A DNA stretch of 64,000 bases from Phoronis australis (Eukaryota; Animalia; Phoronida). How positions within the stretch are numbered: position 1 is the first letter of the stretch; each line of letters starts with the position of its first letter. The DNA lies in the NCBI GenBank assembly GCA_002633005.1, contig NMRA01000002.1, positions 326,044 to 390,043 on the forward strand. The letters are read 5' to 3'. Below are positions 1 to 13,359 of the stretch, piece by piece. Under the pieces are notes generated by a model. The model did no database searches and was not told the origin of the DNA. It was given only the letters and a program-made list of their open reading frames with translations. Position numbers and translations under genes: made by a program.

Positions 1-1439
1 GCGCTAGATAAGTGAAGATTGAAATAGAAAACACTGGTAAATGAGGGGAAAGGACAAGAATGCAAGACACAATTATAATAAGACGAACACTGAGTCCCAG
101 GATATAATGTTATTCACATATTGACTTTCAAACTCCTTGGTTGTTCAGTTGAGGTTAGTTTGTCCATGACTGAGCAATGAAAAATACGCTCATTTGACTT
201 TTCACGGTGGGATATTATCTGGTTTGGAAATAATGTCAAGATATCAGGAGTGGAATTTTGGAGATGAATGTTGCAGAGAGTTTACATATAGATAACGGGA
301 AAAGGAATGAGTCGAATTTTCGTCTCGCTGATTTCATCAGTGGGAACCTGCGTGTCTACAGTATCCACGTGGAATTGGGAATGCGCGAGATGTAGAGATT
401 TGCTTGATCGAATCCGATAAGGAGAAATCAACCATGCCAACTGCAAAAACCGGCGCATAGTTTTTAATTTTACTTTATTTAAGGTGAACACTATTTGAAA
501 CTGAAAATTGTTACTCTTCGTGTTTCACACTGTCTGTTGATTGAAATTAACACTTTCTGAAACTATTTTAAATTGTTCAGGTTTTCGCTTGCAAAATATG
601 GATTTTTAGCGTCAAAGTAACAGATTATGTGCTAAAGGGGTTGGCAGCCCTGCGTCTTATGATCAACTGAAGCTTGCACCAGTAAGCGCAGTCTGCCTGT
701 CAAATATAGCCCCTTAGGTAGAATTGAGAGAGGCAATCAGTTGCTTGTTCATTGATAAATTAAGTAATTAAAAATTACGTTTGTGTAAAAGAACTAGCAA
801 TTACATTCTGTCTAGTTCTAGACTTTTTTTAGCTTTGAGCTCCTCTTTTTCATGAAGAAATTAATTGATGTTCTGTGCACATTTCTCTCTCGTGCCAACT
901 TTTGTTAACTGTCTGATTAAGATGTATTTTTTGAAAAATTTACCCTTTTTTGTTGAGATAATATATTTTTTGTTCATAAGACATTTTCTTCTCCTTAGTT
1001 GATGATATTTGCAATGCTGTTTTATTGTTGGCCTACTTTCAGTGTTGTTCACTTCAGTTATGTTTGTCACAATATTTCTGTTATCTTTGTATATGTCCTG
1101 ACCATCATCGCTTTTTTCTTCGTGTCCACTTAAAATGTTGTTAGGTGTAAATTTCATAGATTTGATACCCCTTGGGCAACTGACTAAAACTTGTGCGCCA
1201 CTCAAATGTTTAAGTTGCAATTTGACAATTTTTTATTCCTGAGTTTCGAAAACAAAATATTTTTATTTGAACTCGCCTAGACAACGAAAGGGAAGTAGTT
1301 GTTTAGTGACCTTCTTGTCCATCTGAGAGGAGTGAATATTTGCCAAGCAAAATGAGAAACACTTTAAGGATGGCCCCCAACTAAGAAACATTATACCTAT
1401 TGCTCATTTACGGTAAACATTCTTCTTTCAGGCAATATT

Positions 1440-1671
1440 CAGGGCTTGGAATTTTCTTCTTTTAAGAGAATTTCCTCTATTTTTGGTTTCGATTTCCTCT
1501 TATTTGATTTCTAGTTTCCTCTTCTCATCTCTTTTTATCATTATCTCGACTTTATTCATGCAAAAACGTTTATTTCAGTTAAATTTTACTACAGAAAACC
1601 TACTTATTTGTGAAACGTTACATCACCTGGAAAATTTTTCTCTTTTTTGCCATTGGTCATTCCAAGCCCTG
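1440..1671. mobile_element. MITE with CAGGGCTTGGAAT TIRs and 6-bp TSD (aatatt)
   Basis: cagggcttggaat...attccaagccctg flanked by aatatt on both sides. Confidence 0.8.
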
Positions 1672-4619
1672 AATATTATGGACAAGTGGAATTTCATTAA
1701 GTTAAATTTCTCCGCAATATAACTTTTAAAAATTGTTTTCATGGTTGATACCATACCACTGTCAGTGCACTTTACTGGGCATTTGTAGCCATGCCTTTGA
1801 AAAACAGGAGAAAGGCAATTTGAAGAATTCTTACCATTGGTCAAATGGAAATATCTCTTATTTTTTGTAGATAAACCAGTTTCGACGTATGTGTTTGGTG
1901 CACAAAATGTAATGAATGTAAAACCACGCGCACACTGTTGCGTGTCTCTTTTTTCCTGTAAAATGCTATCACAAAAGGGAGAGTATTAAGTGAAACGGTA
2001 GAAATAAGTCTGCATGTACTTTATGTGTCGACTTTAGATCCGCGCCTAGATTTCAATTGAAATATAAGATATTTGATATCTCAGTCGCACCTGATTGCAT
2101 TCCGTGGTTGGTTACACGCGGTTGGGTAGCTTGGTACTGTATCATTCTTCACATGAATTCCCATGTAATACGAGATCTCGACTCGCCTATCAAGATATAT
2201 TAATAAATAATTCATGCGGCAACATCTAAAAAAATTCATTTGAATTTTATTGATTTGCGATCCGTTAGGTATGGCTTCTGTTCGTTGAGTACACGATGTA
2301 TTCAAGCGGTTTCACTTGCAAATTGTGCTGGTGATTTTTCCCTGCTTTTTCCAATTTGTGCTTTTATATGTGTGGGTATGAATATTACTTGTAGGTGACA
2401 ATCTTGGTTTTAATGTATTTTGATGGGATGGATTTTTTCAGACGTGCATATTCAAACATTTATTTGCTATTTTATTATTCACCGATTTTGGCTTACGGCA
2501 TAGTTAGGTTCAAATACAAGGGACAGTCTTGTAAAAAGGTAAATGAAAAGAAAAACAAAATGAAGCCACCAATCCAAGATTACGCAGTGAGAGTAATCAA
2601 AATACAATAGACTCTATTTCACCACCTTGACTTTTAAAATTTTTTGCACAATGGTATTCTAAAATCTTATTTTTTGTTTCCATGGAAGTTACTGTCTTCT
2701 CTGGTCATTAGTAGGTGTTAACGAAATGTATGAAAATGTATGTTTCTGTACTAGCTGCAGTTGCATCTGTAACAAGGTTATGCACTTTAAGATGTGAAGG
2801 GCATACATCGGTCACAGAGTTGTTGCACTGTTCAAAGTGCTAGAAGCACGCTAACTGTCATAATGATTGATGGTCTTCATCTCGCGCTCATTATTTCACA
2901 ACTTAACGTCTCATTTTAAATGTGAATGACACACATTTACTAAGCAAGATTACACTTTCCCTGTCAACTTGTAGAAATTGCCTATGCCCTTTTCGCTATA
3001 CTGTTCTTTGTCTTCGTTTTCCGCGTGTCATTCCTGCAAACTCATGCCGAACGATGGGAAATTGTGATGAATGTAACCCACATTTCTACGTTTAACCTTT
3101 TGTATAGAGCCATGTGTTCTTTTCTATTTTAATTGAACATTTGTTTAGTACTCCTTAGATGAAATGCAAATTATCAAAATAAATATTCAAATTCGCAGTA
3201 AATGTTTCAAGCCATACTGTGATAGTAAACGATTTTCCTCCTCAAGCATATCATTCGGGGCACTGGCAAAGAAAAGAGAGTGTCAAAAAGCCATTCATTT
3301 TGAAAATGTTGGCAAATCCTTCCAAAATATGGCCGTTTCGTATCAACTGGAGACGCGTTCTTGATTTCCTGTGGTTGTGGAAATAAATTGCTATCTCGGC
3401 AATGAAAAGGTTTAACGTAGCCATGTGACATGAGGGATTAGAATATGAAATGCTGTTCTGTTGACTAGCAGTGATGATATCTATCAGCCGCGATCATGTT
3501 AGTTGGGGAAAAAACGTTTTAATCAAACGATCTGATCAGCCAGACTCGACTTCAAAGGTACTGCTCTGCTTTATTCTTGAAGCTCGGCTCATTTGTGTTC
3601 TTCATATAGAACAAATGATTGATTCGTTGCTTGTCTCATCTTGAGTATTGAAGAGATTTCACTGGTGTTTATGAAACGACATTAGTTCTGTGTGAACGAC
3701 CGAGGCGAGAGATTGAACAGGCATGAGTCATAGCTGTTCACATCAGTGCGTTCAAATCGAGCATTACCGCTGTATTTATTCACAGAATTTTGCTTCGAGA
3801 TATTCCTTAGTGTTGCTATAAATACTCTCGCACACATGTACACGCGTGTGCGCACACATGTAAATATATGGTAGCTGGGGATACAAATCTCCCTTCACAA
3901 CGTCTGCTGGTGCTGTTGCGTACACCACCAACACAGATTGGTAATCCAGCTTGATAATCAATAGAATAGATTGGGTAGGATGCCGCCAACAAGCTCTTGG
4001 AAAATTGATAACATTGAAACACGACTTGTGCTGTTGGAATACTAATGCGTTTCGACATGATTCGTTTGCGCATAGTAAGAGCTTGCTAACCAGTTTGTTT
4101 ACTCAGTTGTGTAAAGTACTCTTCGTGTGTTAAATAATTCATTGAACAGCATCTTAAGGCATGAAGTCGACTGTAAACTGTAGCAGCGAACAGCCAAGTG
4201 TTTAGGCACCACTTTCCTAACTGTGGGTAATGAATTAAATTGATGTGTATTGTTTTTGCATGTGAAAGCATTAGCTTGAAGTCTGCTGTATGTGCAGAGA
4301 CATCTATTGGATGATCTTGACTTGGCTCTATTCTGCTAATGTCAGTGGAAGTGGTCACGGTGTTGTGGTTGGGAAATAAATGTAGAATGGTGATAGTAAG
4401 TGTGATGTCATATGTGTAACGGTTGTGGATTTCATAGTACACTCTCAACATGACACTGTCAACACGCTCATTTGGCAAAGTTGTTTTTAGGTTCTGGTAC
4501 ACTGTTATTTGCAACAAATAGATAGTCATCGTAATTCAACAATCAGTTGAAATTGTGAAATACCCTGCGATTGAATGACAGACTTTCAGAAAGCAATGTC
4601 AGCTTATGACATGAGAGCA

Positions 4620-4812
4620 ATGACTCATATCGCCACCTGGCTGTACCAGGAGGTACTTCTTTGCAGTAGACATTGGGGAAATTTTTATTTCGTGAAAAGA
4701 TCCTTGTCAGTGTACGCAGTTGGATGTGATGCGTTTTAAACAAAAGCTAAATTGCCTCCTCATCCTCTAGAAGCCACTAGTGTTCAAATGTTGCTATTTC
4801 AAAGTCTCCCAT
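4620..4812 (+). repeat. Dispersed repeat, second copy at about 14913-15108
   Basis: tgactc(a/g)tatcgccacctggctgtaccag(g/a)aggtact...gtgaaaaga...atgttgcta...aagtctcc shared between the two sites. Confidence 0.7.
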
Positions 4813-5056
4813 GGACGCGGCCAAATTTTGGAAGTGTTGGCCAGTCCTGGGATACTGTGAAGCATTTTTTCATGCTTAGTTGAACAGGGTATTCTTCGTG
4901 TCGATGAAAATTATTCTTGTTACAGCTAAGGAAATTTCAACATTACTTTGTTGCAATAAATGAGCTAGCTAGTTTTGATGCTGGGTTTAGGAGTGAGTGA
5001 AATCCAGTTTCAAAAAGTTATTCAGTCACGTGACCTCTCTATTTTCTCTGCTGTAG

Positions 5057-5198
5057 GTACAAGCGTCGTGAGCTACGTCACCAACAGTATCTGGAGGACG
5101 CTGAACAATGCGAGACGTTTATCGGGCCCGGCGAGACGTTGAAAGAGCTGATGGAGCAGTCCCAATCCAGCGGCAGTGGTTCTGGTCTACCGCTTCTG
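5057..5198 (+). CDS. BMPR1: BMP type I receptor (ALK3/6 class), juxtamembrane + GS-domain exon (first exon found in window)
   Basis: ctgtag|G TAC AAG...CTT CTG|gtcagt; translates [47 protein letters not shown], containing the GS box SGSGSGLP. Confidence 0.95.
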
Positions 5199-7054
5199 GT
5201 CAGTACAGGCTTGCTTTGTGTAAACGCCTCTTGTCTCCTGACTGCACGCAAAATTGAGAAGGCTGTCTCCTAGGGATCACCTTCTGGCTTATGTTTTAGG
5301 TTTTTAGTAATTACTCTTTACTCCCATGGAGTTGTTAGCTGCAGAGGATAGGTTTCAGACCCTGCAATTATTGTTTCATGCAAAAGTTTTACCTGGATCT
5401 ATTTCAAAATGTTCTCGACAAATGTTATGACCAATTGGATGTCTTTGAGCATGCCTGAATGCGTTCTGTTGTTTAGATAACGCAAACGAAAATATAGCAA
5501 AGGTTTTCAAAGGCAGTTGAAGGTGTGGTTGTAAATAACTCATGGACAAAAATTACCTTGATGTCCATTTATGTAGGTAACGTCACCAATACAGTATTGT
5601 TTGTGTTCATGCGTTCATTCAGTTCGCCATTTCACATAAATTTGCTCACATCGAAACATGCCACCTATTTCATACATATTTATCTCCATATATTTCGGAG
5701 TTATAATTGTGTTTTTACCCTTCGTGCTGTAGTTTCAGGCGATCTTTTTATGACATGCAAGATGTAATGTCTTGAGGGCTTGCCAGCTGAATAACCATAC
5801 TATAATGCTACAAGGTCACGTTTCTGTGTCCTGTGGCAGAAAAGACTCTATTACTCGGGTTGCCAGAGTTAACCATAAACACTGGGAGCAAACTTTATAC
5901 ATGAAAATTGTGATGGTCGTTGTATTCTCCACGCGGATACCTCTGTACAATGACAGTATAGCTGAGTACAGTTAGTCGCACCATTTTTGGTAAAAAGTAA
6001 TTGACCAGATCGCTAACATTGTTGCAAATGTCCACAATTTGTCAAAGCAGTCTTTAACGTTGGGTATGGTATACAACTTACAAATGGTATGGAATTTACT
6101 CAGTGAGATGTGGGAAACAAAAACAATGCTTACGTGAAGCATGAAAATGACATTTCGATATTAGTCAAATATCATCCTCAGATACAATAGTCAGACACAA
6201 CAAAATGTCGCATTTATTTCTAATTTGGCAAAAAAACTAATATTGATTTACCTGGTTCTGCTTAAGAGTGAAACATCCAACATGTTACGTCTTAAATTGG
6301 TGAGATTTACCGTACACTCACATTTGTATTAATCATTTGATCATAAACCCTTTTCAAACCACCTAAATGGAAGTTCTAGTATAAGGACTACTGTAAATGT
6401 AACAGTGGTTGCCATAGAGACTGTTAGGGTGGCTTGTGTCTCAAACTTGGTAGTTTTTTAAACTTATCTTCGCATTTTTCAGTGACTTTTTGATTTCACA
6501 GTAAAATATGATTATTCCATGTACTTTTTATTATTTAGCCTTTCTTTGATTTTGGGTTTGTTTAGAATAAAAGTCTGAATGATAAAAGTGCGCCGTGAGA
6601 AAATCCAATGTTTTCACCTCAGCTTTATGTTTACACTCTCTCATGTGTTTACAGGAACAGACTTGTGTATAACGTTTGTTCGCATGTATTTAGGCCCTTG
6701 TGCCAGTGTCCGAAGTAATGTTTTTTTTTAAAAGTCATTTTCACCAACGCCCATGCTTGGTAGTTATTGCTAAAATGAAAACACATTATATGGTTTTGTA
6801 ACGAATCGGTCAGTATTTACTCACCTGTGAAATTTTGCTGTTTGGTTTGACTCCAGTGCATCATATATAGATAGTACATGCATCTAATTTCACATGTTGA
6901 AGCTGCTTCACACGTACAGGTATGTGTGCCTGAACAGGCACTCGTATACTGTCATTTGGTAATCATTTTAATGCTTGTTTATTTCTTGTTGGTCTTACGA
7001 GGTATTATTTGGGGACTTAAGTAAAACTCGTTTTCCCTTTCTATACCTGCACAG

Positions 7055-7247
7055 GTGCAGCGTACGATCGCCAAACAGATTCACATGGTGAAGACAATTG
7101 GCAAAGGTCGCTATGGCGAGGTCTGGAAGGGCAAGTGGCGTGGTGAGAGTGTCGCCGTCAAGATCTTCGTCACCACAGAGGAGGCCAGCTGGTTTAGAGA
7201 GACGGAGCTGTACCAAACGGTCTTACTACGTCACGAGAATATACTAG
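7055..7247 (+). CDS. BMPR1: BMP type I receptor kinase N-lobe exon
   Basis: acag|GTG...CTA G|gttagt; [65 protein letters not shown] (glycine loop, VAVK lysine). Confidence 0.97.
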
Positions 7248-7499
7248 GTTAGTGGAACATTAGTGCTGGCAATTTTTTGTCTTGATTTATTTTTTTGTAC
7301 ATTGTAATTTCATAAAATCTCACTAATTTCATACCAAAATAATTGCCAAATTTTTTTTTCATTTTTCAATGGCGTCTAACTTTGTCAGATGGTTACTATG
7401 GTAGAGATTTTTTAACATTTATTTGTTGTTACTTAAATTTAACGAGAAAGTGAAAAAATGTGAGTTTCACCAGTCTGCCGTATTGTATCCTAAATGGGT

Positions 7500-8560
7500 G
7501 AGAGTTTACTGTATTGAGAGTTTACTGTGTTGAGAGTTTACTGTGTTGAGAGTTTACTGTGTTGAGAGTTTACTGTGTTGAGAGTTTACTGTGTTGAGAG
7601 TTTACTGTGTTGAGAGTTTACTGTGTTGAGAGTTTACTGTGTTGAGAGTTTACTGTGTTGAGAGTTNNNNNNNNNNNNNNNNNNNNNNNNNNNNNNNNNN
7701 NNNNNNNNNNNNNNNNNNNNNNNNNNNNNNNNNNNNNNNNNNNNNNNNNNNNNNNNNNNNNNNNNNNNNNNNNNNNNNNNNNNNNNNNNNNNNNNNNNNN
7801 NNNNNNNNNNNNNNNNNNNNNNNNNNNNNNNNNNNNNNNNNNNNNNNNNNNNNNNNNNNNNNNNNNNNNNNNNNNNNNNNNNNNNNNNNNNNNNNNNNNN
7901 NNNNNNNNNNNNNNNNNNNNNNNNNNNNNNNNNNNNNNNNNNNNNNNNNNNNNNNNNNNNNNNNNNNNNNNNNNNNNNNNNNNNNNNNNNNNNNNNNNNN
8001 NNNNNNNNNNNNNNNNNNNNNNNNNNNNNNNNNNNNNNNNNNNNNNNNNNNNNNNNNNNNNNNNNNNNNNNNNNNNNNNNNNNNNNNNNNNNNNNNNNNN
8101 NNNNNNNNNNNNNNNNNNNNNNNNNNNNNNNNNNNNNNNNNNNNNNNNNNNNNNNNNNNNNNNNNNNNNNNNNNNNNNNNNNNNNNNNNNNNNNNNNNNN
8201 NNNNNNNNNNNNNNNNNNNNNNNNNNNNNNNNNNNNNNNNNNNNNNNNNNNNNNNNNNNNNNNNNNNNNNNNNNNNNNNNNNNNNNNNNNNNNNNNNNNN
8301 NNNNNNNNNNNNNNNNNNNNNNNNNNNNNNNNNNNNNNNNNNNNNNNNNNNNNNNNNNNNNNNNNNNNNNNNNNNNNNNNNNNNNNNNNNNNNNNNNNNN
8401 NNNNNNNNNNNNNNNNNNNNNNNNNNNNNNNNNNNNNNNNNNACTGTGTTTAGAGTTGACTGTGTTTAGAGTTGACTGTGTTGAGAGTTTACTGTGTTGA
8501 GAGTTTACTGTGTTGAGAGTTTACTGTGTTGAGAGTTTACTGTGTTGAGAGTTTACTGTA
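7500..8560. repeat. 16-bp minisatellite (GAGAGTTTACTGTGTT)n spanning an assembly gap
   Basis: About 10 copies before and about 7 after the N run 7667-8442; lies in a BMPR1 intron. Confidence 0.95.
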
Positions 8561-8906
8561 TTGTATTTAGTTTACGTGTTGTATATGAATGAACATAAAG
8601 CACATAAGATATGAGGTCAGTCAGTTGTTTGAGGGACTCTGATTTGTCTTTATGTACTTGTAGTCCTTGTAGATAAGTGTTGTGTGTAGACGCTGTGTAT
8701 TGGAACGGTGAATTGATGAAAGATGATCTCAGTATGTCATTTTTGTCAAAATGTTGTCATTGAATACATGTTTGGAAACAAGCTTATTAGCATCAACTTT
8801 AAGCAGAAAAAGAGATATGAGCTAAATATTGTGGTAATTAAAAAGTTAAGTAGAATATTGTAGTATGCCAGTGAATCGTTACTTGTTGTTTTAATTCTTG
8901 GATTGT

Positions 8907-9028
8907 TGAAGGTAATTCTGTGCTACTGCCTATTGCAGGTTTCACTGAAGGTAATTCCGTTCTAACACCAATGATTGCAGGTTTCACTGAAGGTAATTCC
9001 ATTCTAACACCAATATTGCAGGTTTCAT
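8907..9028 (+). repeat. 41-42 bp tandem triplication containing the BMPR1 splice acceptor
   Basis: Unit tgaaggtaattc...attgcaggtttca repeated three times; AG|GTTTCA at 8939, 8981 and 9022. Confidence 0.85.
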
Positions 9029-9213
9029 TGCTGCTGACATTAAAGGTACAGGGTCATGGACGCAGCTTTTCCTTATCACAGACTTCCATGAACACGGTTC
9101 ACTACACGACTACCTACAGGAGGTCACACTAGATCCTGCAGCTATGTTGAAGCTCGCCTACTCGTCAGCGTGCGGATTGTCTCATCTGCACACGGAGATC
9201 TTCGGAACGAGAG
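9022..9213 (+). CDS. BMPR1: BMP type I receptor exon with L45 loop
   Basis: ttgcag|GT TTC ATT...AGA G|gtaagg; [65 protein letters not shown]45 loop [10 protein letters not shown] is the ALK3/ALK6 (Smad1/5-signalling) signature. Confidence 0.96.
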
Positions 9214-11094
9214 GTAAGGAATCTGAAAGGCCGCGTTGTGACTTGTATTAACTCAGGAGTGCCCTTCATCATTCATATCTGTGGTCTTTGCTTTAGAATG
9301 CCCTGGTTATTAAGATTTTGTAGGATTAATGGAAAGTGTCCAAATTGGGCCGTTTTTGGAACATCTTATCTCATAAATAGTTGATGATATTCACGTGAAA
9401 CTTTCAAATACTTTGCTTCAGGCACTCTTCTCCAAAATGCTGGTGAGATCTGTTTTTTAAATTGTCCTCTTTTGTATGAGTGGCTTTCAAAAGATAGGAC
9501 TTATATGAGTTTCATGAAAAATCTCGAAAATTTAGAAAACTGTAACAGCTTCTTGAGATTTCATCTCGGAACATTTATATTAAACAAACTTTGTCTATGG
9601 TATTGATTCTGTTTTACTATCATTGTATCTTTTCTTTTTTGCTAAATATTAATAAAAAGCCATGGTTACGGGACCCAGTTAATGGCAGCTTGATGAGACG
9701 TCGAAAATCAAATTTTACAAGCTTTCTAATTTCAAAACGTTTTCTTATTGAGTTAAATTGTACAGTTTAGTAGATATTTAGCTCAACACTCAGACTTATT
9801 GTTCAGATCCTATGTAACCTTCGAATCAGGTATACTGTTCTTTTTCCGCTAGATCTTGCATTATAGTGAATGAAAACAAAAATATAATTCACCAACTGAC
9901 CATCGCTATGGGTAATGTGAATATCGCTATGTATGTAACTTGGCATCTTGATCATTTGTGTTTTGTTTGAAAGTAGTTGGGATGATCAGTTACATATATC
10001 AGCTGTTTTGTTTACCAGGAACAAGCAATTTCACAAAGAAGCAGTTTTCTTTCACATTGAACCATTTTCTCTAGTAAAAAGTATAAACGCCTGTCATTAC
10101 GTTGCTGAAAACTTGACCCCTCTTGTGTGCTGTAAAATCTTTCACTAGTGTAGTGATTTTCCATTCAACGAACAAACTTGATTGACAGGTTTCAACTATT
10201 GAGTCAGCATTTGCTGCCGTTCTGGGAAATTCATGTTTGAAAATTCTTTGTGGACTTTTTCCTGTTTTAAAATGATCTGCGACATCAGCTTCCTATTGAA
10301 ATAACATCACGCAGCTATTTACAGTAATGACCATCAATTGGTTTTGATTGAGTTACAGGCCACTGAGCAATCTAGGCTAATTCATGCTCTACAGAGCTTG
10401 ATTAAAGCGATTGCATAATACCATTGTATGCTATTGAGCCTCAGGGAATGGAAAATGGGTGGCTCATGATATCTCTCCCATCAACAACATCAAGTTCTAA
10501 CAAAGACAAATTTTCAGTCTTAATCGATTGGTTATTTGAAAGACACTTAATTTTTAATAGCATTTGGTTGTCCATATGTTTTGACGACAGAATTCATTTT
10601 GCGTGGCGAGATTGTAAAGCCTCATCAAGTGCGTATTTAAGTGTTGGCTGTTATTTCGGCAGAAGACAAATGTCAATACTAGCCTACACAAGCAGTTTAA
10701 GTCAGTGACAATATTTTTTTCTTTATCACGCTTATTTGCAACAAATATGTGAATTCTTGTGGAAAATTGGTGCGTTTATGGTACCTTAAGAAAGACAGTA
10801 TTCCATCTCACAGAGCACAAAGGTGTAGTTATCATATTAATTAAGATACCTTTCTCACAAGTTGTTGTCTTTTCTCTGAACTGGGTTCCTGTTAAAATGT
10901 TCTTTCCCCGTTAATTGATTATTGAATGTTTTTGCATCAATTGAAAATGTGTTATATTGTGTGTAACCTAACTGAACACCATTGTAAAGTTAAAATTGTT
11001 TGAGGCAACTTATCACTATTGTATGAAACAAAGGAACGGAAAGTTTCCTTCTTTGACTACTACTCAACTCACTAACTTATTTTTGTGGTCACAG

Positions 11095-11200
11095 GTAAAC
11101 CCGCAATAGCGCACAGAGACATAAAAAGTAAAAATATTCTGGTCAAAAAGAACGGCACATGTTGCATTGCCGATCTAGGACTGGCTGTGAAGTTTGTCAG
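11095..11200 (+). CDS. BMPR1: BMP type I receptor catalytic-loop exon
   Basis: acag|GT AAA...GTC AG|gtgagt; [35 protein letters not shown] (HRD and DLG motifs). Confidence 0.97.
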
Positions 11201-12012
11201 GTGAGTAGCTCGCATCTACACAGGTGTGAGCAAGGGAGTATGATGGTATCAATTCTTCACCTTGTTAGTCAGCTACCTCCCCTATTGGACATTTGCAACA
11301 TCAGGATTTGTTGAGAGATAATAAACTTAGTTGCTCAGCAGTGAATCATAATTTGCTAGTGTCATTTTCTTTGATGTGCTTATGAGTCTGCCATCATTCT
11401 GATCACTTGTGCACAAATGTTAATGAGGTAAAAAGCATAGTTGGTTCCACATCAGTATCAGTCTAGGTTTTGTATTGGATTTTGAAAGATGCACAGAGTC
11501 ACATGAAAAAAGGTTTGAAATGCTATGATTTGCCTAGTGATGAGTAAAAACAACACATATCATTTTTTCATCTCAGGTGGACTTTCTCTTTTGACAAAGT
11601 GACCAATAAAGAAAAACAATGTACCATCGACTCGATTTTCAAATATAATCACCAGAAGGATAAGCTCTTTTGCTCCAATAGTTACAAAAGTCCCTTACAG
11701 TTTCAATATGAGATTTTTTAGTACAATGTTGAAGTTCTGAGAACAGTAATGTGTGGCGATACAATGTGCGAGTAAGAAATGTTGGGCCCTTGTTCTTCAG
11801 ATCATTATCTACAACTTATGTTAACAGTTATGCAGAGTTGTGATTTCTGTTGAGTGCATCACCACGCACCACATTTTGTCTTTGTAATCATCACTTTTGC
11901 AAATGATCTGATTGTCTGACGTCTGAAGCTGTGTTCCAGATACTATCATTACCAAGGATCAGTGCATAACTGCCAAAATCTGTAACAACTATGACTGGTA
12001 TTCTTGCTGTAG

Positions 12013-12188
12013 TGACACCAACGAGGTGGACATCGCCCCCAACACACGGCAGGGTACCAAGCGCTATATGGCCCCAGAGGTGTTGGACGAGACCATCAAC
12101 AACACACACTTCGACTCCTTCAAGCAGGCCGACATGTACTCATTTGGTTTAGTTCTGTGGGAGATCGCCAGGAGGTGCTGCTCCGGAG
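12013..12188 (+). CDS. BMPR1: BMP type I receptor activation-segment exon
   Basis: ctgtag|T GAC...GGA G|gtaagc; [59 protein letters not shown]. Confidence 0.96.
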
Positions 12189-12718
12189 GTAAGCAGATGA
12201 TGACTACCCTTTTGTTGGATCTGTTGACGTAGTTTTATATTTTCCCTCCGTGTTGTTTGTTAAACCATGTCACATTTTATAGAATAGTAATAAGTTAAAA
12301 CGACTGTCATATTTTCTAGATGTGTGTCATGTAATTTCTTATTCGCACTACTCAGTGAACTCTCATAATTGGGGAAAGAAATCAATGAACATGCGCGTGA
12401 ACGCAATTCAAATACCACATAAATAGGAAATTAATTTTTCATTAGCAAGTCAAATGTAAACAATGTGAATATAATTATGTAAACAAAAGTTGTAAAATGA
12501 TCCATCCTCTTGATTTTACATTATTTATGTGGGTTCAGACTCCTGAAGTTTTCTTAGGGATGTCAATTTCCACATTCTTGGATTTGACGAGAAATATTCT
12601 CTTTGAGATGGTCGGAATTACATCTTGGCAACTGAAGTGCAAGTCCTCAGTTTCATGTCAATTTCCTGTCACTGCTGTGCCATTGACCTTTGACCCATTT
12701 TGTCTCCCCTTTGTCCAG

Positions 12719-12849
12719 GTATTGTAGAGGAGTACGAGATCCCCTACTATGACTGTGTACAGAGCGACCCCAGTTTCGATGAAATGAAGAAAGTGGTGTG
12801 CACCAGCCGGATACGACCGGCCGTTCCCAACAGGTGGATTAATGATGAG
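12719..12849 (+). CDS. BMPR1: BMP type I receptor kinase C-lobe exon
   Basis: tccag|GT ATT...GAT GAG|gtaaac; [43 protein letters not shown]. Confidence 0.95.
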
Positions 12850-13227
12850 GTAAACAATAGACTGCCTTCCATGTTGGATGTCATGGCTCTTCTAATGCCT
12901 GTGACGGGGAAAAAACTTTGTGTTGTCCTGACTAAGGGCTACGCCAAGGTTAATTACTAAAGGCTTGGTGATTTCGTGTGTGACTGCCATCGAAATAGAG
13001 ATTTAAACTCATGCACATACTCAAAATGGCGATTAAACTTTTTTCTGATAAAAGATCGTGACAAAATAAGCTGGAACTGTGTCACATCATTTGGTTGTAA
13101 TCTGCTTCAAGTTGATTGGATTTTTAGTGTTTGGTATCATCTTTTCACAAGCAAATCTTTTAGAAATAATGGTCTGTATACTGGCAGTTTTCTGACTACT
13201 TCACATGTTTGTTTTCTGTTTTTTCAG

Positions 13228-13359
13228 TACTTACGAACACTAGCAAAAGTGATGACAGAATGTTGGAACAATAGCCCAGCTGCTCGGCTCACGTCGTTAC
13301 GAGTGAAAAAGACACTTGGAAAACTAACAGAGAGCCTGGAACTGAGCATAAAGGCATAG
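13228..13359 (+). CDS. BMPR1: BMP type I receptor last coding exon
   Basis: ttttcag|TAC...GCA TAG; YLRTLAKVMTECWNNSPAARLTSLRVKKTLGKLTESLELSIKA* (conserved ECW...ARLT.LRVKKTL C-terminal motif). Confidence 0.95.
   Translation, partial: YLRTLAKVMTECWNNSPAARLTSLRVKKTLGKLTESLELSIKA

Noticed and set aside
861-1220. 119-aa minus-strand ORF
   Set aside because: Low-complexity K/N-rich sequence with no recognisable domain or splice context; possibly decayed TE
4086-4529. 147-aa minus-strand ORF in a BMPR1 intron
   Set aside because: No motifs; composition like non-coding DNA
1-5056. Search for BMPR1 ectodomain and TM exons
   Set aside because: No Cys-box (CCxxxxCN) or TM exon with suitable splice sites found; presumed upstream of the window
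7639-8500. 276- and 281-aa ORFs in the ORF track
   Set aside because: They consist almost entirely of N-gap codons flanked by the 16-bp minisatellite
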